Positions 37,501 through 52,050 of a DNA stretch of 64,000 bases are shown piece by piece. Location of the stretch: the NCBI RefSeq assembly GCF_048593235.1, contig NC_133618.1:122427105-122491104 (forward strand), written 5' to 3'. Below the pieces are notes generated by a model. The model made no database searches. It saw nothing but the letters and a program-made list of their open reading frames with translations, and was not told the origin of the DNA. Positions within the stretch are counted from its first letter, which is position 1, and every line of letters starts with the position of its first letter. The translations under genes were made by a program, and so were the position numbers. The stretch comes from Sminthopsis crassicaudata. Lineage: Eukaryota.

Positions 37501-40500
37501 ACTGCTAGTGAATGAATATATGTCAACAATGTGGGAGGGAAGTAAAAAATGCGACTTTGGTCAATCTGGAATAAAAAAATCCAGAATTAGGGAGTTGAGA
37601 GTCCTATTATATCCTATTCTAATCAGGCATCATCTGGAATTCGAGTTCATTTCTAGAACTTCATTTTTAGGGAAGACATTAACAAACTAAAGAGAATCCA
37701 GAACAAATTATCAGGATGGTAAGGCACTTTGAAATTATGTCATATAAGTAAATGAAAATATGTAGCCTAAGAAAGGCATAATCACTTACTGTCATGAAGA
37801 GAAGACTTGATCTACTTGATAATAGAAGTTAAATACTAGAGAAATATGTGAAAATTAATCATTTTTTTCGTGATACAAGGAAAAATTCAACAGAATTAAA
37901 AAATGGAATGGGTTGCCTTAGGAAGTAATCAGAACTCGTTGGAAATCTTTAAGAAGAGAATGTGTCTGCTTACTGGGGATTTAAAGAGGAGATCCAACTA
38001 ACAAGCTGATGGCCTAGGAAGTTGTCCGAAATCCAAGACTCTATGAGCCATTTGTCAATATGTTGACATCATGGATCAGTATTTGGATCCTTGTTTTTTT
38101 TCAAGTTCACACAATAAGGCAAAGGGAGACTCTGGCTTCCTGTCCAGGAATGTGTTCCTCTCCTTTCCTTTATTTCATAACTCACAAGTTGATCATGAGA
38201 GATAACAAATTGCAAAGGCTTGTTCAGATCTGGAACAGTGTAAAACTTACCATAAATATCAATGGAGAGGTTCAATTTTCTTTCCAAAAGTACATCTAAA
38301 GAAGCAAAGCACTGTATTACTCTATTATAAGTGGTCCCCAGCACTATCCCATTTCAGAAGGCAAAGAGTGAAAACTGGTCCCTACATGAAGTAAAGCTTG
38401 TGAAGAGATGACCTTTCTCCTGCTGGTGGACGGTTAGTATAAACATCTGACTGCTTACTACTGTCTGTTGAACTTTGTAAATAAAAGAATTTCCCATGAG
38501 GACTTCTCGTGTAGAGGGATGTATGGACTATGACATGAATCGCTTGGAGAAGTACTCAACAATTCCTACTATCCTACAGATAAACCCAAGAATCCTGAGA
38601 GCAGCAGTACCCTCCCATCCCACCCACCCCCACCATCCTTCCTCCTAAATCCGCCCCCATAGTCATCATGGAGGAGAACAAATTTTATGGAGGAGTCCAT
38701 CACCACCATCATCACTGACCAAATGGCAATCAATAAACATTTATTAAGTGCCTGCTAGTTTCTGGCACTGTGCTACTGGTTGCTAATATGCTGGGGATAC
38801 TAATATGAATAAGAAAGATGGTCCTATACTCAAGAAGCTTATAGATTACTGGTGGAAGCTAAAAGCAAGGAAGGGAAGCAAGTCACCCTAGCAAGATAGC
38901 GAAGTGTCTAGAGAGACAGAAGGCAACATTTGCCATACGAGCAGTAGTAGGTCATAATATAGCTAACATTTACATGATGCTTTGAATTTTGCAGAATTTA
39001 TAAATATTATATCATTTGATTGTAACAATTATGGGAGGTAGGTGCCATTATTATTATTCTCATTTTACAGTTGAGGAAACTGAGGCAGACATAAGGTTAA
39101 GTCATACAGAGCTGATGTCTGAGACGGCTTTTGAACATTAATCTGCTTGACTCCAAGTCCAGTGTTCTATCCTTTTATTAACTGATTATTATGTGACCAA
39201 CCAGCACCTCAACTACCTCTCCTTCAGACCCTGATAGAAATAGCCTATGATCCAGAGTACAGAAACGCGTTGATATACTCCCGGGATACTGATCCTCCTT
39301 CTTATCTGATCCCTACAGCCTTCATCACCATCAAGGGGAGCAACCCTTGAGGAAAAGGGTCCATCTCCATCCTCATCTCCTCCAAAAACCTACTACCACT
39401 GGAGAGGTAACTTCCAGAGCTTTGTCCCACTACTTTTTAATCCAGTCAAGGAGGCTCCTCTCACCCTGCGGTAAGGGAACATAGTTGGCTCCATGTTAGA
39501 GGTCAAGGAATTTGAAAGCCAGTGCCCCATCCCGACCAAGCTGTCTTCTGGAGAGGGGAGGACCAGAAAGGGGATTTTAGAGAAGAGGGCAGAGAAGGAC
39601 CCAGAGTGGAACATGGCAGAGCATCATCAGTGATTGCCTTGGAGACGGCTCACATCCCTGAGCTACCCTGTAGAGCTCTGCTCTCCTGCTGACACCTGGT
39701 GGCCATCTAGGGAAACAGCACCATGAGAACAGAGGCCGGGAGCTGTGGGCAGCAAGCCCAGCTATCTTTTTGGAGGCATAGAATGCTTGAATTGTAAAGG
39801 ATCTTAGAAATAGCTCCACAAAGAAGGTGCCCTACCCAGGGCTGAGGAGACAGGTTCTTGTTTCTAGGGCCAGAAAGGTCAAAGACAATCCCTTTAGTTT
39901 CCTGTTGAGTTGTTTCTCCATCTCCCCATGACCCTATTTGGAGTTTTCTTGGCAAAATCCTGCAGTTTCCTTTTCCAACTCTCATTTTACAGATGGGGAA
40001 ACTGAGGCAGGCAGTGACTTACCTGGGGGTCTCACAGCTGCTAGGTATATGAAGTTAGATTTCATTCAGGATTTCCTGGCCAGTGTGCCTCCTGGTTTTC
40101 TGTGTGTATGTGTGTGTGCACGTGTGCATGCACACTCATGTGTATACATGCACGTACAAAAGCATACATGTGTGGTTGAGCTGTTTTGATTGTGTCGGCT
40201 CTTTGTGATGTCTTTTCGAGTTTGCCATCTCCCTCAGCTCATTTTGCTCCCATTTAAAACCTGGAAGTCTTTTCAGGGAACAAAGCCCACAAGGCTAAAA
40301 ATGCAAACACCTGCAGGGTAATAGAAGAGGGAAAGGAGTACAGGTACCTAATTCCCAATCAGACATCAGATGATTTTCTAAGAAAATGTTTCTATAAGGA
40401 AAATAAGTACAGTGGATTTCGAGGCACTACTACTAGGCTGGATTGTTTTTATTTGTTCTTCATTCTCCAAGAGGATCGGGACATCAAAGCTGGATTAAAA

Positions 40501-41257
40501 AAAACTTGCAAGGTTGCCAGAGACAAACCATCCAGACTTCATCATCTGGCCCTGACCCAAACCTTACTCTTCTTACCTTCTCAGAGACAAACCATCCAGT
40601 TCAGCTACAATGGCATGGAACTGCCGGAATATAATACATTTTTAATGCTCGCTACTTGCCTCTGAGATTATTTCCTATCTCTTATCTTGTTTGTACGTAG
40701 CTATTTGCATGTTGTCTCCTCTGTGAGCTCCTTCAGAATAGAGATCATCTTTTGCCTTTGTGTCCCCAGTGTGTTACACAGAGTCTGAAACACATTAATA
40801 AATGGTTATTGACCTGAAGGTTTTTAATTTTGCATCCCCAAAATATATTTAGAAGAGTGCCTGGCACAAAGTAGGTTTCAATAAATGCTTGTTAACACAA
40901 AAATATAGTTGCTTTGGTTTAGGTTATATATCCCCAAAATATTTATAGCACAATACCTAGCACATAGTAGATGTTTAATAAGTGCTTGTTAAGGTAAAGA
41001 CATAGATACTTTGGTTTAACTTTTATATATCCTCAAAATATTTACAGCAAAATGCCAGGCACATAGTAAGTGTTTAATAAATGTTGGTTTACTTATATTA
41101 CTATTGTAGAGGCAGAGTGTCTTAGCTCTCTTACAGATCATTAATCCAATGGAAATTCCTTTCTACTAAACTCCAAGACAATGGTGATCCAACTTCTACT
41201 TAGAAACCTCCAGTGACTGGAATTCATTATCTTCCAAAGCAACCCATCTTCTTTTTC

Positions 41258-41876
41258 TGTTATGAACCAGAACTCTGAACTTGAAACAAAGGATTCTTAT
41301 AAGGCACTAAGTCAGTGGAATTGATAGAGACAATAGTTACCTAATTTAGCATGGTTCAGTATGATTGATTTAATCCTACATGGAGATGTTATAGGCCAGT
41401 ACTTGAAACAAGGTACTAAGTGGAATTGAGGAGACAGTGGTTAAATCTAGTTTAGCATGGATTTAATCCTACAACAAATAATGGTTTATTAGTGATATTA
41501 GTGTATACTGAGTGTGGAGCATATAAGCAAGAAGCTCTCAAGGACACTAGAAGCTCTCGGAGGCTGAGACAGATTCATTCCATCGTCTACCTTTGTTGTG
41601 GCTGGAGGCTGATGCACCAACCCTTGGAGTCGGGAGATTCAGAGGCCAGAGAAGGAGGCAGGAGCTCAAGCTCTGGGAACTAAGACTACAGAAGGCCTCC
41701 AAGAAAGCAAGCTGAAGCCCCAGGAAAAGAGACAAGACTTTGAAAGAGATAATAAAGGATTTGGACTTTAACCCCGGCTACTCATGTGGTGGTTACTGAA
41801 CCGAAACAAAGGCTGCTCCCAGAGAACCCCAAGAAAACCTCAACAGAGAACGTTACATTTTAGAGAGAATTTTACA
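41258..41876 (+). mobile_element. Solo LTR (619 bp), same family as 8879-9384
   Basis: TGT...ACA termini; perfect 6-bp TSD tttttc at 41252-41257 and 41877-41882; catataag TATA and aataaaggatttggactttaacc shared with the 8879 LTR. Confidence 0.88.
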
Positions 41877-42998
41877 TTTTTCCACAGAACTCTTGATTAG
41901 TTTTTTCTTACAATGAGCCAAAGCCAGGTCTCTGTTATGAAGGAGTAGTGAGTTCCCTGTATAATAAAAGAAAAAGATAATGCAAAAGATGTTTCTTTTT
42001 AGCTTTGAAATAGTTTATATTTTCTTCCAGCAGATTCCTTCTTACAGAAGCAGTGTGGGACAATAGAAAAAACATTGAGTGGGAACCCAAGAGACCTGGG
42101 TTCTAGGTCCAGTTCTGCCCCTAACTCCATTTAGGACATCAAAAAGCATATCCCCTCTCTGGGCCTTAGTTTCCTCTTCTATAAAATGATAAATTGTACC
42201 AAACATACCCTAAAGTCCCAGTTTTGCCTTTCTATGATGGTTCCCAATCCTTGAGAATATAATAACTGAATGGAAGTAGTCTAGGATCTTGATAGACATT
42301 ATCAAAAACAGAAACCAAATCTTTGATGTCATTGATATAAGGGATACTTAGATGAGAAAACAGCACCATCTCTGCAAGTACAAGTTGGAAGTGACTTGCC
42401 CAGAGTCACACAGCCTATATGTGTCAAAGATGATACTTGAACCCAAACCCTGAGCCCCATTGAGTCAGATTGCCTCATTTTTAAGGCAGTAATGGTAGGA
42501 AATTCAAAACTGGATGTCAAAAGGCATCCCAACCATATTACAGATAAACAAGAGTTGATTGACTATCACTGCATTTCCCTTGTCATTCAAAACTCAAAGA
42601 ACCAGGAAACCAAAATTCAATGGCCCAGAACCAGCTGGTTTTCTGAATTCTCCTGAACTGTAGCTTTCCAGAGATATTTTCATTTTATATTCATTATTAG
42701 AAGAATTAATGTTACCTTCACTCAGAGGAAAAAGCCTTATCCCTTTCCAAACTCATCCAATAGGGAGATCTATGTAGCAGCCTTTTGCCACATCCTGTAT
42801 AGACCACCATATTAACTTCCTGGGAGAAGTAAAGGGTATTTTTTACTTGTTTGTTTCCCAAATGGCCCTTTCTCTCACAAGGACCATTTTTGCTTCCAAG
42901 TCCCCCAACAGGAAAGAGAGGTAACTGTGTCTGCATCACATCCCAGATGCTCACAAGTCAGACTGTGCCCTAAATCAGCACCTCTGCCCTCTCCAACA

Positions 42999-43212
42999 TC
43001 AAGCATTTGAATTGGGCTCCTTTGTCAACTTCAACTTGGCACACTCTTTGAGCTCTCCCTCCAAGACTTTGTTCCTCTTCTCCATGTCCTGCCGTGAACG
43101 TTCCATACTTTGAAAGCTGATTTCCAGCTCAGAAAACTTCTTCTTCTCTTGCTCCAGCTCTTCATTCAGCCTCACTACTTTGGCCCAAACTTCATAGTTC
43201 TCCTTCTCAAGG
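42999..43212 (-). CDS. ARHGAP25: ARHGAP25 last coding exon, coiled coil (LEKENYEVWAKVVRLNEELEQEKKK...EPNSNA*)
   Basis: Acceptor tcctctgcag|C, TGA at 43001-42999; frame continues from the previous exon. Confidence 0.96.
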
Positions 43213-44249
43213 CTGCAGAGGATTGAAAGAAAGAAAGAAATGAGAAATCTGAGGCACTGCCTCTGTATTTTTCCTGAATTCTTCCCCAAGAAGCCCTTTT
43301 CTTTGTACAATCAGTGATTCCCAGTCCCTCAACACCAGTTCCACTATCATCCTATATGTGTCGAATCTATTTTTGTCCCTGTCCATCCAACTGAACCTAC
43401 CCATGATCCAGGAATTAGCTAAATTTCCTCCTCCTCCATGACAAGTACAGTAGGGAGGCATGGGGTGAAATCCAAACTCTTCCACCTCTTGGTCAAAAAT
43501 ACCTTTTCCAGCTCAGTTTCTTCAATTTTAAGATAGGGGGAGTGATCTTTAAGATCCATCCCCGCTGTAACAGTTTGTGCTTAATGTTCTAAGATCCTTT
43601 TCAGGTGATGTTCCATGTTCTAAATAAAGTATACTCCAGCTATAGCAGAATCCCTCAGTTCTAACTCTCTACCAGTCCTTATTATTTTGTATCTATTTTT
43701 AATTTAATTATATTTAATCTATATGTGTAAAAAATATGTAAATGCTCTCCCAACCTCTCTTAACAAATTGCCCTTTCTATTATCCCCATCCTTTCTTATT
43801 TTCACTCCTCTCCCTATTAACTAGCTTTTCCCCTGATACCTACAAACTACAAACTCTCACTTCATCCTATCATCCCTGCTAGCTATTTCCCTATACTCTC
43901 CTTCTTTAACTAACCAAACTTCTTGAGAAAGTCTTCTACACTCAGTGCCACATCATATCCTCAATAAGCATTTATCAAGCACATATTATGTGCCAAGCAT
44001 TCTGCTCTGGGCTAAGGATAAAAGGTAAAGCAAAAGTCAGTCTATCTTTTCAAGAAAATTTTGTGAGGTTTTTTTTAATCCACATAATTATATTTTTAAC
44101 ATATTTAACATATATTGGATTATTTGGGGCTGAGGGGAAGGAAGGAAAACATTTGTAACACAAGATTCTGCAAGGATCAATATTGAAAAATTATCCATAC
44201 ATGTGTTTTGAAAATAAAAAGTTGTAATAAAAAAGGAAAGAAGCCATCA

Positions 44250-45010
44250 TACATGAAAAAAAAACATTCACAGATTTAACATTAGAAAAAAATAGGTAAC
44301 TTGAAAAAAAAATCCTTGCTGCAAGTTTCTCTAATAAAGGTCTCATATATAATGTGAAAAGGGAATTGATTCAAATTTATAAGAATCATTGCCCCTATAA
44401 ATGGTCAAAAGATATGAACAAGCAGTTTTCAAAGGAAGATATCAGTTATCAACAACAACAAAAAAATGGGGGGAAAGTTCTAAATAATAATTAAAGAAAT
44501 GCAAATTAGAGAAAATCTGAGGTTGCCCTTCACATCTCTTTGGCAAAGATAATTAATTTTAGAGACACTGCAGGAAAAATGGAGAATGAATACATTGCTG
44601 GTGGAGTTGTGAATTGGTCCAATCATTCTGGAAAGCAATTTGGAACTTGTTACTAAACTGGGCTTACTTTCTGTCCCAGTTGACCTATACTCCAAATATC
44701 AAAGAGAAAGGATATTCATTCATTCATTTATGACAGTTCTTTTTATAGTAGTAAAAACTAGAATTTAAAGAGTGCATATCTATTAGGAATGGCTAAATAC
44801 ATTATGGTATATGATTGTAATTGAATGTTAGTTACTATGCCATAAGAAATGATAAAATGGACCATTTCAAAGGAAATTGGGAAGATCTCTATGAATTGAT
44901 ACAGAAAGAAGTAAGGAGATACAATGACAATATTATAAAGAAATAAAACTTTGAAAGATTTAAGAATCTGATCAATGAAAGAAACCATGAGTCCAAAAGA
45001 CCAAAGGTAA
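44250..45010 (+). mobile_element. Old LINE-1 ORF2 3' fragment in the last ARHGAP25 intron
   Basis: L1 motifs aatggtcaaaagatatgaacaagcagttttc and ccaatcattctggaaagcaatttggaa. Confidence 0.65.
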
Positions 45011-48000
45011 AATATGCCATTTTTTGTTACTGGTTCTTTATTCCTGTTATGCTCACTAATTGTATGGTCCCCGAAACTGTCCTGGACTCTCTTTTTATTC
45101 TATGCTATTTTACCTGAAGCTCTCCTCAGTTCCTATAGTTCCATTATCTCTATGAAAATAATTCCCAGAATTACATGTTCAGCCTCAGCCTCTGTTTACA
45201 AACTTCCACATTATCCTTGAGTTCCTACTTTCACTCATCCAATATATCCAATCAGTTGCCAAATCTTGTCATTTCTATCTCCACAAAATGTCTCATATAT
45301 GTCCTAGTTCAGATCTTTCCCTTTTGCTTAAACTATTATGATAACATTTTCTGATTTCCTTTCCCTCAGTTTCTTTCTCCTTCAATCCATTCTCAATTAA
45401 GCTGCATAGGTGATTTTTCTAAAGCATAAATTTAACCATATTACCTATATTCTCTAGTGGCCCCTAATTTCTTCCAGGATAAAATTCAAATTCTTATTTT
45501 TTTCATTCAAAGCTCTTAATAACCTGATCCCTACCTACCTCACTTTCCTTATGCCTTACTCCTTTTTATGAACTACAGAATCAAACTGTTAACCTACTTA
45601 TAGTTCCTTAAATATGCTGCTCCTCCTTTCTCCTTGCCTTGGCAAAAAAAAAAAAAAAAAAGACTCCATACCTGGAAAACTATTTCTTCACCTTTACTGT
45701 GTTTTCCCTAACTTTCTTCAGCTCAAACTCTACCTTCTGCAGTAAGCTGCTAATTCCTCTCCTTCTGAGATTATTTCTGATCTACTATTTGTCCCTTGTA
45801 TTTTCTCATTATTTACATGATATCTTTCTCCATTAGACTGTGAGCTCCCTGAGGACCAGGGATGTTTCTGCCTTTCCTTGTATCCTCAGTGCTTACTCAG
45901 CCCTATGTTAGGCACATAGTGGGTGCTCGAAGTGCTCATTAGATGTTAAGTTCTGTGTCCTAAGGTCTCTTCTAAGTCTGATATTTTATGATTGCAGACC
46001 CTTCCAGAATCATCCAACAAAAAGTAGTCTCTCCCTCCTGTGAACTCACAACCCTAATTGTCCATGAAACAATTGCCCTTTTTACACTATTTTGGCAGGT
46101 CTTATATTCTTCTGTTATTTTTCATATGTTCATGCTTTGTCTCCCCAACTAGAAAGCAAGCTTCTTGTAAACAGATATTTGTCAAGTCCTATCTATCTTT
46201 GGACCCAAGGACAAATAATAATCCAATAACACATAATACTCAGCACAAAGTAAATTTTCAATGAATAATCATTTTCATTAACTGCCTAAAACAACATCAA
46301 TGTTTCAAGGTCTCAAAACCTCTGTATGTATATATATTCTCACCATCTCAGCTGAGTTGTTTCTACTCTACTGGAAATCTCTCTACTCAAAGGCTTCTGA
46401 ATGGAATATTTTTATAGCACTTGACCTGGACCTCTCCTTTGTACTCATCTCATTCTTTGTTTCATAGTTATTTCTTTCCATGTGTTTTCTTCTAAGGTTC
46501 TAAAGTTCTTGAGAATAAAGTCATCACATTAGTCTTTATATCTCCCTATCTCCTATTTCCTTCATTCTGTCTTTCAAACATACTCAATTCTTCTCCATCC
46601 TTAAAAAAATGTTCTCTAGATCCTGCTATCTCTATCAGCTATGGTTCTATAGGATAGCAAGAAGGACAGGGAATAAAGGGTGGTGGGGGGGGGTGAGGAA
46701 AGCATAATGAGTTTTGTTATAGTTATACTTATTTCAAGATGCATAAAGGATTTTCAATTGGAGATATCACTGTTCAATAAGCAGGTAATAATACAGACTA
46801 AAGTTCCCCTTCTCTATATCACATAATTACATGTGACAATTATAAATGCATGCATAACTGCTATATCAATTACAAATAATTCTTCTCACATCACTAACAG
46901 AGGTACCTGAAGGATCAGGACTTTATAACACTTTATTAAGCACTTAACAAGAATTCATTCACCTAGATGGAGTTCTATATTCATTTGGAAATATTAACAC
47001 TTAATTTTCATAAGCATAGTCTTCAGTACTGAAGCCATGTTTTGTAGTCTCACCAAAGTATATCAGTGAGCCTGGATTCTGGAATGTCATATCAACAGTG
47101 CTCCCCTTCTGGCAAGACCTCTCAAGCTGGAAAGGTTCTAAGTAAGGGCCTGGGGATAGATTCTGTAGCTGTCATCTCAGAGATTGCCTCTCTGAAGTAA
47201 GAGAGATTCCACACTAGCTGTTGGGCCACCAGCTGGTTATTTTCCTGTTATAAAGCCACCTACTAAGGCTGTCAAGGAGGGGATGCAATCTTTATAGGTG
47301 GAAGGAACACATCAAATAGCCATAATTAGGATGGGACAACTAAGGCTCTGTTCCCAGGTCATTGAAATTTAAAAGGTTCACTTATACTTTTTCAGCAGAA
47401 TCAGAACTACTTAGCTAAGAATCTAGTTAGCAAAAATAATTAATTAAATAAAATAGGAAGCTACCAAATGATATTCTTCCTTTTCTCTAGCATTGTCCTA
47501 CCTTAATTTCATATCTACTTCCAAACACAGACTCTTTCAGAAGTAGCATCAAAGTTTCCTTTTCCTCATCTCAGGATTTCATGTCACTCAATAAACATTT
47601 ATTAAATCCTTATTGTGTGTCAGGAATTATTCTAAATTCTTAGTATACAAAGGCAAAAAATATAATCTCTGACTTTAAGGAACTTACATTCTATTAAAAA
47701 CAACATGCAAAAAATATATAAATATAAAATAGATAGATATAATGTAAAAGGAAAATAATCTTAGAGAGAAGGTATTGGAGGGTGGGAGAAAGAACAGATA
47801 GACTGGAAATGACCTCTTAAAGAAGCAGAATTTGAGCAGAAAGGGCAGAATCTGAGAGAGAGAAATGGAGGGAAGGAGGAAGAGAGAGAATTGGAATTCA
47901 AAATTTCAACAAAAAATGTTGAAAATTTATTTTACATGCAATTGAGAAATATAATAAAATTTACTGTAAAATGGCCTATAGTGATGAGGGACTGAATAAG

Positions 48001-48498
48001 GGCTGTGACTATGTAAACTGAGAAAAGGGGACATGTAGTAGATATTTTCCAAAGGTAGATATTAGAAGATTTGGCAACAGAATGGACATGCGGAACGACC
48101 TTGAATCAGGAATCCAGGTTGTGATCCTCGGTCACTGGGAGGATTGTGGTGATCTCAACAGTAACAGGAAAGTTAGGAAGAGGACAGGATTTTTAGGAGA
48201 AAGAGACTATCTCAAGATCACTTTTCTACTATTAACATTATTAGTCCTAAAAAACACATTTGAGGGTACTTTTGCAGAGCTAGCCTCAGATACAAAATTT
48301 GCTACCTAGGGAAATTTTGTCCCACCATTCTATAACAGTGACCTTTCCCTGCAGTTAGCCCCTGATGTTGTGGTTTACACATGCATGTCATTCTCTGAAG
48401 ATCATTTCTAGATAATGACAGTGCTCTTTGGGTTTCTAAAGAGCCCACTCACAGCCTGCCTGGTGAACACTAAGTGCCACCTTGTGCCCATGTCTTAC

Positions 48499-49019
48499 CT
48501 TTTGATCCGTTCCTCATAATCCTGTCTCTGTGCATCCATTTCCTTTTTCAGTTCTAAAATCACTTTCTGCAGAGACTCCTGGTCCTCCTGAGTGGACTCT
48601 TTTTCCTCAGAGCTTAAACTAGCCAGAGAATTGGTCTTGGAGGCTGCCTGGACATCAGGTGGGCTGGTTTTGTCACCCTCAGATGACGAGCCAGTGGGGA
48701 TGCTATTGCATGGGGAAGTCAGTTCTAGGTCAGAAAAGTGCCGCAGGTCCTGAGACAGTGTTCTCTTGTGCCCGCTGGTTTTGCCTTCAGGGGAGGGGGA
48801 CCAGAACTCTGTGTTAAATATCTCTGCTTTGCTGCTGTTGTTAGTATATTGCAATGCTGAAGTTAAGAAACATTTCCTGTTTGGAAGCGTCTGAGTCCTT
48901 TTTCGAGGTTGCAGCTTCCATGATCCTGAGAGTTTTTTACTTGCTTTGCTGGCTGCCAATTCCAGGGTTTCATCAGAAGTCTTTAGACCAGTGGAGCTGC
49001 TGCTTTTAGAGTCATTGGT
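48499..49019 (-). CDS. ARHGAP25: ARHGAP25 large Ser-rich exon (TNDSKSS...RKRTQTLPNRKCFLTSA...DYEERIK); 521 bp
   Basis: Acceptor tatttttcag|ACC, donor AG|gtaaga; 173 codons+2, open; conserved RKRTQTLPNRKCFLTSA motif. Confidence 0.95.
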
Positions 49020-49370
49020 CTGAAAAATAAAGCTTTGGATATTAACTGGATTTTATCCAATTCAAAAGTGCTAAGATAAAAATCAGAAATTTGAAAATGA
49101 ATATTCCTCTCTGGGTGCATTGTTTAAGGCCTTACTAATAATAACTACTTTTCTTTCTTGAATTCTGACTGCCTGTCGTTGTCCCTTAGCTTTGATAATT
49201 ATTTAATTCTGGATCTCAGTTTCTTCATTTTTAAAACGATGGGCATGAACTAAATTATCTCAGAAAGATCCCTTCCAATTTTATATTCTGTGATGCTATA
49301 ATTCTATGGTTCTATAAATATCATACTTCTTTGTACTTCTTTGAGTGATACTAGGATTTTTGTGGAGTGA

Positions 49371-49374
<4 letters not shown>

Positions 49375-49404
<30 letters not shown>
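49375..49404. repeat. (GT)n microsatellite, ~15 units, intronic
   Basis: Read directly. Confidence 0.95.
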
Positions 49405-49406
<2 letters not shown>

Positions 49407-50085
49407 ATGACTCCTGGAAAACGTAACTGTAAAGGGCAGTTGAGTGGTACAAAGTATAGAATGCCAGGTCTGGAGTCAGGAAGACTCATTTTGCTAAGCA
49501 CAAATCTAACTTCAAACACTAACTGTGTGATCCCTGGGCAAGTCACTTAACTTGTTTGCCTCAGTTCTCACTTATAAAATCATTTTCTGGCCATCATTTT
49601 GAATCCATTCTTCAGTACCTCCTCTTCCCACTTTTTAGTTCCCTTATATGTATTGCCTTCCCCCATTCTAATGGTGGAACATTTAGATACTTTGAAAAGA
49701 GAAACTGTGTTCTTTGCTAATTTATATCACTTAGCACATTCTCTGACACATAGTAAGCACTTAATAAATGCTTTATCTGCCATCCATCCCCATTCGTTCA
49801 ATAAGAAGTCTTTAGAGCTTTATGAGGAAAGGAGGGATTTGGTCAGAGTTATGAACTAGGAAGATGATTTTAACAGTTTTGTAAAAAAAATAGATTAGAA
49901 AAGAGAGAAACTAGGAATAGAGAGACAACTTAGGAGATTCTCTCTCATGTAGGTCAGAAGATGAGGGCCTGCGTATGTGTTTCTCAAAATATGAGTTATA
50001 AAGAATCTTTATTTGGGACTGCTTAAAATAAAGCATCAGATGGATTAAAAGAGCTTTTCTACTCTGGGATAAACTATTACCTTAC

Positions 50086-50282
50086 CATCTGACTAAAACT
50101 TTCTGTCCGGGGTATGGAGGAATCCTCAGCAGCATCCCAGCCAACTGAGCTCCGTGGGACAGGAGACTTCTTAGAGTCATGTTTCTGGGCAGGTGAAGAT
50201 GGGGTGATGTCCTTGGATTTGGGGAAGAGCACTTCATGGTCTCGAATCATCATGGTCATCACTCTTTGGATCTGGAGAGTTC
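50086..50282 (-). CDS. ARHGAP25: ARHGAP25 coding exon (GTLQIQRVMTMMIRDHEVLFPKSKD...RTESFSQM); 197 bp
   Basis: Acceptor cttctctttcag|GA, donor ATG|gtaagg; end of the RhoGAP domain. Confidence 0.96.
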
Positions 50283-51908
50283 CTGAAAGAGAAGGGATGA
50301 CAAAGTATTTCCAGGCATACACACACACATGCACACATCCTAAATCCATAGAACTGAAATGGATGCTACTAAGGTGTGTTTTTTTATCTTCCTGTAATCC
50401 AAAAATGTGATCTGTATGTGCATTTGCCTACCCATGTAAGTAGTTTAAGAAAACTTAAAAAAAAACTTTAAGAAAACCCAATATTAGAAAATCCTGATTA
50501 AGGAAACCAATAAAGTAGGGTCTGAGTTCCATATCACAGAAAGATTCACCAGTTTTGTATAAGATTAAGCTGTCTCTAAAGCCTAAGAGGATACTACAAG
50601 TCAAACAGAGGAAGATCCAGTAACAGTCCTCCCCTGGATGCTCTGGCTCCTCATTTGACTCCAGGGCACTACTCCCCCATTCAAATGGGCATGTATGCTG
50701 CCCCAAGAAATATAGAACCTATAGAGCTTATTGCCCAAGGGGTAAAAAGAATCTAAATGAGAAGTTTTGTTTTCTTTTCACTTTTAGGACCAAATGTATA
50801 TGTTCCTCTTAGTCACAGAAGGAAAGAAGTACACTGGATCTGCTATGAGAAAACCTGAATTCAAATCCTAGCTCTGTGCTTATTAGCCATGTGATCCCAG
50901 ACAAATTATTTGATATGTCAGAGCGTAATTTCTCATCCAAACCCAGGATAAAAATATTTATAGAATGTATCTCACGGAGTTGTGAGGATAATACTTACTC
51001 CTGTAGAAATGGGAGCCTGCATAATCTCTTTACCTGGTATTCCCAAATTGTGGCTCTCTGGTCTATTGTAGCTCTTCATATATGACTTCCAAACTGGACA
51101 AGTCTAATTTCTGTACTAAAATATTCTATTTCATCAGACTCCATGAAGCCCACAACAGCTTTCTGAGGCTTTGGATTAGGGGCAATTGTAGCTGGGATTT
51201 CTGACTCCCATGACTTGAAAGTACATTGCTGTGGATCAAGAGTTCTCAATTTTCATGCAGGGAGCTCTTCTGTCCCTTGCCTGAGCTTCTTTATTGCCCA
51301 TAGAGTGTTGGGAAAGACTGGACAAGCACCCTGAGTCTGCTACCAAACGCCACATACCTTTCCCTATGTCTAGCCCTTGAACATAAGGAGTCACATCGAG
51401 GGAATTGCAGAGTAGCTACAATTTCCTAAGGAGCACCAGATTTGGACTGAGAGAACCTGGATTCCAATCTGGCCTGGTCCTCTCTTGTGAATCCATGCAA
51501 GTTACTTCTCTGCTGTGAGTTTCGGTTTGCTCCTCTGTAAAATGGGGTTGGATTTGATCAGTAGGATCCCAGCTCTAAATCCTGAGAGTGAGATGGCCTG
51601 GGTTGTTTTGTTCCAGGAAATCAGTCATCAAGGTAGAAATAAAACCCAAATATCTTGTCCATTCTTTTCAGCGACCCAACCATCTTACTTCATCTGATAG
51701 ACTGGAAAGAGTATCACTGGGAATTGTGATGTCAGATGATCCAAGACCTATTCTTGACTCTGTCACTTTGGAAAGTCCACCTGTGGCAAATCCATTATAC
51801 CTTATAAACTGACTTCCTAATCTTTAATAAACATGAAAGGATTTGATTTACTTACCTTACCTATTGGAAATCATTCATTTCTCTGAACTTCTAAAGATGG
51901 TCTATTTA

Positions 51909-52050
51909 GGGGCAGCTAAGTGTCTCAGTGGATAGAGCACCAGCCCCAAAGTCAGGAGAATCTGAGTTCAAATCTGTTCTCAGACACTTAACACTTTCTG
52001 ATGTGTGACCCTGGGCAAGCCACTTAACCCCAATTGCCTCAGGGAAAAAA
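51909..52050 (+). mobile_element. WSINE1-type SINE, intronic
   Basis: 16-bp TSD aaagatg(g/a)tctattta at 51893-51908 and 52051-52066. Confidence 0.87.

Noticed and set aside
1-42900. BMP10, expected from eutherian synteny
   Set aside because: No TGF-beta cystine-knot coding exon was found in the ORF track or by eye; it probably lies outside the window.
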